Notes under the pieces: model-generated
Seen by the model: only the letters and a program-made list of their open reading frames with translations
The model's database searches: none
Told to the model about the DNA's origin: nothing
Assembly (NCBI GenBank): GCA_030550585.1
Contig: JAUQPB010000001.1
Location: forward strand, 544,001-608,000
Length of the DNA: 64,000 bases
From: Thermoproteota archaeon
Lineage (GTDB): Archaea; Thermoproteota; Thermoprotei_A; Sulfolobales; Ignisphaeraceae
Direction: 5' to 3'
Part shown: positions 59,011 through 64,000 of the stretch, in pieces
How positions within the stretch are numbered: the stretch's first letter is position 1
Layout: each line of letters opens with the position of its first letter
Program-made: the position numbers and the translations under genes

Positions 59011-60042
59011 ATGGCTAGGCTATCAATAGATAGAAGTGTAGTCATATATCTAATCAGAAAAATTGTGTTGTTGATTGTAACATATTTTATTGCAGTTACA
59101 ATAGTCTTTATATTGCCTAGGCTAATACCAGGCAACCCACTGGCTATGAAAATGCAACAAATTATTCAGCAGTACATATATAATCCTGCGCTAGTTCCAC
59201 AGGTATATAAAGAGCTTTTAAATATATTCCAATTTGATAAGCCGTGGTATGTACAATATGTGACGTTTTTGAGCATGGCTTTTAGAGGGGATTTTGGAAT
59301 ATCTACTGATATGTTTCCACTAAAGGTTACCGACATTATTGCAATGGCATTGCCGTGGACATTGGCGCTGGTGGTTCCAGCTATATTAGCGTCTTGGTTT
59401 GTAGGAAATATTATCGGTGCTTATGCTGGGTATAAAAGAGGGAGTCTATCAGAAAAGGTTATTGTTGGCTATTCACTTATAGTGTCGAGAATACCTTACT
59501 ACTGGTTGGCAATGCTACTGCTGTTTGCCTTTGCATTCCAGTTGCGCATATTTCCTGTAGGTGGAATAACATCTGCGGGTATAAGACCTTCGCTATCAAT
59601 CCAATTTATCGTCGACTATCTATGGCATTACACACTACCGTTTCTGTCGATATTCATAGTCGAATCAGCAGGTTGGATGGGCTCTATGAGAATTTTGGTA
59701 GGTAGCGAGCTAGGCTCAGACTATATACTATATGCTGACTCTCTCGGCACAAAGGATAGAGTCATATTTAGATATGCCTATAGGAACTCTTTGTTGCCTC
59801 AAGTAACAGGGCTTGCTTTAAGCCTAGGGTTTTCGATAACCGGTGTGCTGGTAACAGAAACTGTGTTTAACTATCCAGGGCTTGGATACTTCCTATCAAG
59901 AGCCATTGGATCTCTAGACTATCCTGTTATACAAGGAATATTCCTGATAGTCATAGCAACAGTTTTCATGGCCAACTTCATTGTAGACTTCATATATGCC
60001 TTGATAGACCCGAGAATTAGACTTGGTGGCAGGGGGGTGTAG
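59011..60042 (+). CDS. OppB/DppB-type permease
   Basis: PRLIPGNP, FRGDFGIS, ETVFNYPGLG, DPRIR. Confidence 0.93.
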   Translation: MARLSIDRSVVIYLIRKIVLLIVTYFIAVTIVFILPRLIPGNPLAMKMQQIIQQYIYNPALVPQVYKELLNIFQFDKPWYVQYVTFLSMAFRGDFGISTDMFPLKVTDIIAMALPWTLALVVPAILASWFVGNIIGAYAGYKRGSLSEKVIVGYSLIVSRIPYYWLAMLLLFAFAFQLRIFPVGGITSAGIRPSLSIQFIVDYLWHYTLPFLSIFIVESAGWMGSMRILVGSELGSDYILYADSLGTKDRVIFRYAYRNSLLPQVTGLALSLGFSITGVLVTETVFNYPGLGYFLSRAIGSLDYPVIQGIFLIVIATVFMANFIVDFIYALIDPRIRLGGRGV

Positions 60043-60046
60043 AGCT

Positions 60047-60898
60047 ATGAAAATACCCCTAATGTTATACGCTGTTTTAACAAACAAGAGATTTTTAATA
60101 GGGATTACGGTATTCATGGCAATAGTTTTGCTAGGTCTTATAGGGCCTCTCGTATATCCTAGAAGCCCGTTTGAGAGAGGTCCTCAAAACTTGCCACCAT
60201 CGCTAGAGTATCCCTTGGGCACTGACGGACTTGGCAGAGATGTTTTTGCACAGTTTCTATATGCTATAAGAACCTCTCTCTTCATAGGACTTGTAACAGC
60301 TCTAATAGCATTGCCTATAGGATTGGTGATAGGGGCTGTTGCAGGAATTAAAGGCGGTCTTATAGACGATGCTCTGATGTCTTTAACAAACATCTTCTTA
60401 GCTATTCCAAACTGGCTTGTGGCTGTCCTCATAGCATCTTATCTGCCGCCGGAGCAGCGAGGTCCTCACATAATAGCAACCTTGATAGGGTTGTTTAGCT
60501 GGCCCTGGTTTGCAAGAGCTATCAGAGCACAGCTTATGAGTTTAAAGGAAAGAGAGTTCATATACCTATCTAGAATGGCTGGCTGGGGAGACCTGAAAAT
60601 AGTTTTTGTAGATCTTCTACCAAATCTAGGGCCGTATATAGTAAGCGCCTTTGCAGCATTTATGGCTGGTGGCATAGCTGGAGAAGCAGGATTAGCACTA
60701 CTACTCTCAACACAGATGGTGAAATACGTCTCACTAGGTATGATGCTATATTGGGCCAGCTACTTTGTAGCCTATGTAACTGGTGCGTGGTGGCTTTTCC
60801 TACCGCCAGGAATAACAATAGTAGCATTGACAACATCTCTAACGCTAGTTGCTTTAGGATTGGAAGACGTGTTCAATCCAAGGCTTAGAGGAATATAA
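60047..60898 (+). CDS. OppC/DppC-type permease
   Basis: PLGTDGLGRDV, WWLFLPPG, FNPRLR. Confidence 0.93.
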   Translation: MKIPLMLYAVLTNKRFLIGITVFMAIVLLGLIGPLVYPRSPFERGPQNLPPSLEYPLGTDGLGRDVFAQFLYAIRTSLFIGLVTALIALPIGLVIGAVAGIKGGLIDDALMSLTNIFLAIPNWLVAVLIASYLPPEQRGPHIIATLIGLFSWPWFARAIRAQLMSLKEREFIYLSRMAGWGDLKIVFVDLLPNLGPYIVSAFAAFMAGGIAGEAGLALLLSTQMVKYVSLGMMLYWASYFVAYVTGAWWLFLPPGITIVALTTSLTLVALGLEDVFNPRLRGI

Positions 60899-60992
60899 AA
60901 TTAAATGTCTTTTTTAATTAATGCGTCTTCCCCATTTTAATATAGATTTATATAGTGGTTACTATCCTTATATCAAGTAAAGGGTAGACAAT

Positions 60993-62294
60993 ATGTCAAA
61001 TACAAAACTACTTGCAATAACATTTATAGCTGTAATACAGGTAGTACTGTTATTGCTATACGCCTCAAGCGCCTATGCTGAAGCCGCTGGTGTTGCTGTG
61101 TTGTTCCCACCTCCAACACCGGTTAAGGGTGTTAAAACAGCTGATCCGAGCAATCGGTGGACTAGCGTAGATCTTGATAATGCCCAGTTTATGGCTAATC
61201 TGTGGAATCTTGCAACTGGTGCTCAAGGCAGTATGATAATGAATTTTACTGGCTCATATGTGGAGGTTTTTGGGAACTTTACAAATCTTCCAAAATCGGT
61301 AACGGTACAAGGTGGTCCTGGGATTAGATATGGTCAGGGTATATGGGGTGGTCTACCACCTGCACACCCACTATACAACATACCTAAGAAGGTAACTGCA
61401 CTTCCGTATGCAATATTCTTTGCAAACTATACCATATATGAGAAAGAATCTACACTCCCATTAACAGCAGCACTATATCTATGGACTGTAGAAGCTCTTC
61501 GCAGTAGCGGTACTCAGGCAGGGGATGTGCTTGTCATAGTTAGAGTCTATAGGCATCCCGGAGCACCTTTAACAGGAACTCCCCAAGCTCAAGCTAATGT
61601 AACAGCACCGCTCATAGTTAACAACACCCTTGTCTATGGTAACTTCGAGGTATTTGTCGGCAATCTTGATAGATCAGCAAATACACATACAACTGTGGTC
61701 TTCGAGCTTACAGCCCCTATTAGGAGTGGTAGAGTTGGTATACCAGTGCAAGACTACATAGCTCTTGCAGCAAACATTCTAGAGTCTCTAGCACCAAAGG
61801 TTTGGAGCAGAGCAATGGTGCTAAACAACACACTTCAAATGATAGACTTCACAATCGAGTGGTATTCCAACCAACAAGGTGGGGGTGTGTTTAAGTGGAG
61901 GCTATACGAAGTCTCATTCCTTGTGGGGGCAAAGCCCATACTAACAACAGTTACACTAACAAAAACAGCTACATCCACATTAACAACAACCTCCACAATC
62001 GTTAGTACTGTTGTTAATACTGTTCCAACTACGGTTGTATCCACGGTGACCTCCTCCATTCCAACAACAGTAACTTCTATTGTGACAACACCGACAACAG
62101 TTTTAGTGCCTGTGACTACTACTGCTACCACTACAGTTAGATCTGTTGCCACAGTTACGTCCACCACTACGGTTGTATCCACATCGACCTCTCCAATAAC
62201 GCAGACTGTGACCAACTGGTCAACAGCAATAGCCCTAGGAATAGTGTTGCTGATAATCGGGTTTGTAATTGGGTGGGTTGTAAAAAGAAAATAA
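60993..62294 (+). CDS. Cell-surface GH12-like protein, probably non-catalytic
   Basis: Signal peptide; NLWN, GxPxIxYG..W, P.KV..L, YLW, GDVLVIV (vs GDVEIMVW), TIEW; Thr linker; TM+KRK. Confidence 0.65.
   Translation: MSNTKLLAITFIAVIQVVLLLLYASSAYAEAAGVAVLFPPPTPVKGVKTADPSNRWTSVDLDNAQFMANLWNLATGAQGSMIMNFTGSYVEVFGNFTNLPKSVTVQGGPGIRYGQGIWGGLPPAHPLYNIPKKVTALPYAIFFANYTIYEKESTLPLTAALYLWTVEALRSSGTQAGDVLVIVRVYRHPGAPLTGTPQAQANVTAPLIVNNTLVYGNFEVFVGNLDRSANTHTTVVFELTAPIRSGRVGIPVQDYIALAANILESLAPKVWSRAMVLNNTLQMIDFTIEWYSNQQGGGVFKWRLYEVSFLVGAKPILTTVTLTKTATSTLTTTSTIVSTVVNTVPTTVVSTVTSSIPTTVTSIVTTPTTVLVPVTTTATTTVRSVATVTSTTTVVSTSTSPITQTVTNWSTAIALGIVLLIIGFVIGWVVKRK
61940..62213 (+). repeat. Thr/Val/Ser low-complexity linker
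   Basis: Recurrent PTTV/TTVVST units. Confidence 0.8.
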
Positions 62295-62398
62295 ATATTT
62301 TTTAAATTAATATTTCATGTATTTTTGTTCTGTGCATTGGTGTTCCTTTGTGTTGTGCTATACACGTTGAGAGAGCCCTAGTTTTTTTGCTTGGGCAT

Positions 62399-62439
62399 AG
62401 ACATGCAAATTAGTTGCAAGTCTCATGTATGTTTAAATA
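62399..62439 (+). promoter_or_regulatory. Palindrome plus TATA box of URO-D-family gene
   Basis: AGACaTGCAA-attag-TTGCAaGTCT followed by TTTAAATA 62432-62439. Confidence 0.45.
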
Positions 62440-62464
62440 CTAACATTCGGTTTTTGGATTATTT

Positions 62465-63793
62465 ATGAGAGAAGTCGTATATAAGTCTAGGGAAAGGGTT
62501 TTAATAGCTTTAAGACATGAAGAGGCTGATAGGATACCAATTGATTTGGGCTCTACGCATGTATCAACAATAAATCCTTTATCCTACACCAATCTGAGAA
62601 GATACTTGGGCTTCTCCGAAAAGCCTGCTAGGGTTAAGGATGTTGTGGCACAGCTTACTGAGATAGATCTAGATGTTCTACGAGTTTTCCATGTAGATTT
62701 GATAGATGTTAATAGGCACTTGCCTCCATCACCTGGAGAAGAATATTACAGAGATGTGTTCTACCAATGTATGTCCTGTCCATATAGAAACCCCGAAACA
62801 GGCAGGGCTGAGATATTCGAGAACAACTGGAAGATTTGGAGCCATCCACACCACGGATTTTCAGAAGAGGTTCCAGCATGTATTGATATTGTTGAAAAAG
62901 AGAATAACTTATTAATATACCTCTATAAAACTGTTCTAATTGGTGGAGGCCCCAAAACATCCACAACGTTTTCTCCACTTGATGCACATGGAGTCAATCC
63001 TTTGGCTGATGCAAAAAGTGTTGAAGATGTTAAGAAATTTGACTGGGATTTGTTTAAGGTCAGCGACAAATATGTTGACTATCTAAGGAAGAAGGCCGAG
63101 TATCTCTATAAGAATACAGACTATGCATTGGTATATTCTCTAGCTGGTCGCATGCATGCCTGGGCACAGGCACTAAGGGGTTGGACTAGGTGGCTTGCAG
63201 ATCTCCGGCTTAGAAAGGTGTTGGCAGAGGCGGTTCTTGATAACATAATGGATGTGTTGATGTACAATGTAAAGAGGTTTGTAGACGCTTTTGGAGAGTA
63301 TGTCCAGGTTATAGGTTTTGCAGATGACTTGGGGACTGAAGAAGGGCCTCAAATACCTGTTCAGCTCTTTAGGGATATGTATAAACATAGGTATGAAGAA
63401 TTGTTTGGCTATATCAAGAAACATTCTAAGATGTACATATTCTTGCATAGTGATGGAGCTATATTTCCACTCATAAAAGAGTTCATAGATGCTGGACTCG
63501 ATATAATTAACCCCATTCAGCTGTCGGCAAAGGGTATGGATCCCGAAAAGCTTAAGAAGGAATATGGGGAACAAATCACCTTTTGGGGAGGTGGAGCAGA
63601 TGTTCAACGCATTCTACCATTCGCCAACAAGGATGAAGTGGTTCAGCATGTTAAAAACCTTATAAAGATCTTTGCACCCGGTGGAGGTTTCGTGTTTGCG
63701 GCAACACACAATATTCAGCCTCCTACACCACCAGAAAACATAGTAGCAGTGTTTGAGACTGCATACAAATATGGCAAATACCCTATTATCTAA
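62465..63793 (+). CDS. Uroporphyrinogen decarboxylase/MtaA-CmuA superfamily protein of unknown function
   Basis: DRIPID, ADDLG, LHSDG, LKKEYG..ITFWGG, PGGGFVF..HNIQ..TPPENI. Confidence 0.85.
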   Translation: MREVVYKSRERVLIALRHEEADRIPIDLGSTHVSTINPLSYTNLRRYLGFSEKPARVKDVVAQLTEIDLDVLRVFHVDLIDVNRHLPPSPGEEYYRDVFYQCMSCPYRNPETGRAEIFENNWKIWSHPHHGFSEEVPACIDIVEKENNLLIYLYKTVLIGGGPKTSTTFSPLDAHGVNPLADAKSVEDVKKFDWDLFKVSDKYVDYLRKKAEYLYKNTDYALVYSLAGRMHAWAQALRGWTRWLADLRLRKVLAEAVLDNIMDVLMYNVKRFVDAFGEYVQVIGFADDLGTEEGPQIPVQLFRDMYKHRYEELFGYIKKHSKMYIFLHSDGAIFPLIKEFIDAGLDIINPIQLSAKGMDPEKLKKEYGEQITFWGGGADVQRILPFANKDEVVQHVKNLIKIFAPGGGFVFAATHNIQPPTPPENIVAVFETAYKYGKYPII

Positions 63794-64000
63794 ACTTTTG
63801 AGGTTCTGGCGAAAAGCAGCTCATATTCAGTATAATGAATTTATCTTTGTCTTCAGCGGAAATGTATCGTGAAGACGGTTGTAGACATTGCTCCTCTCTA
63901 ACTTAACTATAGTATGTGTTACCACTCTGTTGCACCATAATTTTTTTTAAGATGCTATCCAATAGTATATTCTCACGGTCATTGAGTATGTCTGGTCACA

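Noticed and set aside
63807-63940. Short minus-strand ORF (MVTHTIVKLERSNVYNRL...) as an antitoxin remnant
   Set aside because: About 32 codons, with similarity too weak to support

Overview
This is a chromosomal segment of an AT-rich crenarchaeon, most consistent with Desulfurococcales (Ignisphaera-like). The evidence is Cren7, Alba, CarS, Csl4, Pus10 and GGTG-type RBSs; the taxon itself is an inference. About 50 kb is core genome: a 13-gene Mbh/Mrp-type group 4 [NiFe]-hydrogenase operon, the eIF5A-srp54-pus10-rpl21e-rpo4-ksgA...rpl10e-dph2-csl4-rpoL information-processing cluster, gatCAB, alanine dehydrogenase, porGDAB, xpb-herA-mre11-rad50 (no nurA), thiDN, rps3ae, glmU and three intronless tRNAs. 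After tRNA-Gly the region looks accessory: an amino-acid ABC transporter, a decayed nucleotidyltransferase pseudogene, an orphan SBP and a carbohydrate-uptake locus. The most notable unannotated signals are: (1) a surface GH12-like protein that appears to lack its catalytic nucleophile, shares a 27-aa C-terminal anchor with the neighbouring SBP and sits next to a URO-D-fold enzyme; (2) a glycerophosphodiesterase ending in a canonical PCNA-binding PIP box; (3) a gene split exactly at an A-AAT-TTT -1 slippery heptamer; (4) two or three box C/D guide RNAs overlapping gene ends, one a dual 16S guide and one possibly a tRNA-Leu(UAA) wobble guide; (5) probable ATA start codons. No CRISPR array, rRNA or transposase was seen. 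All family assignments are by-eye motif recognition, with no database searches run.
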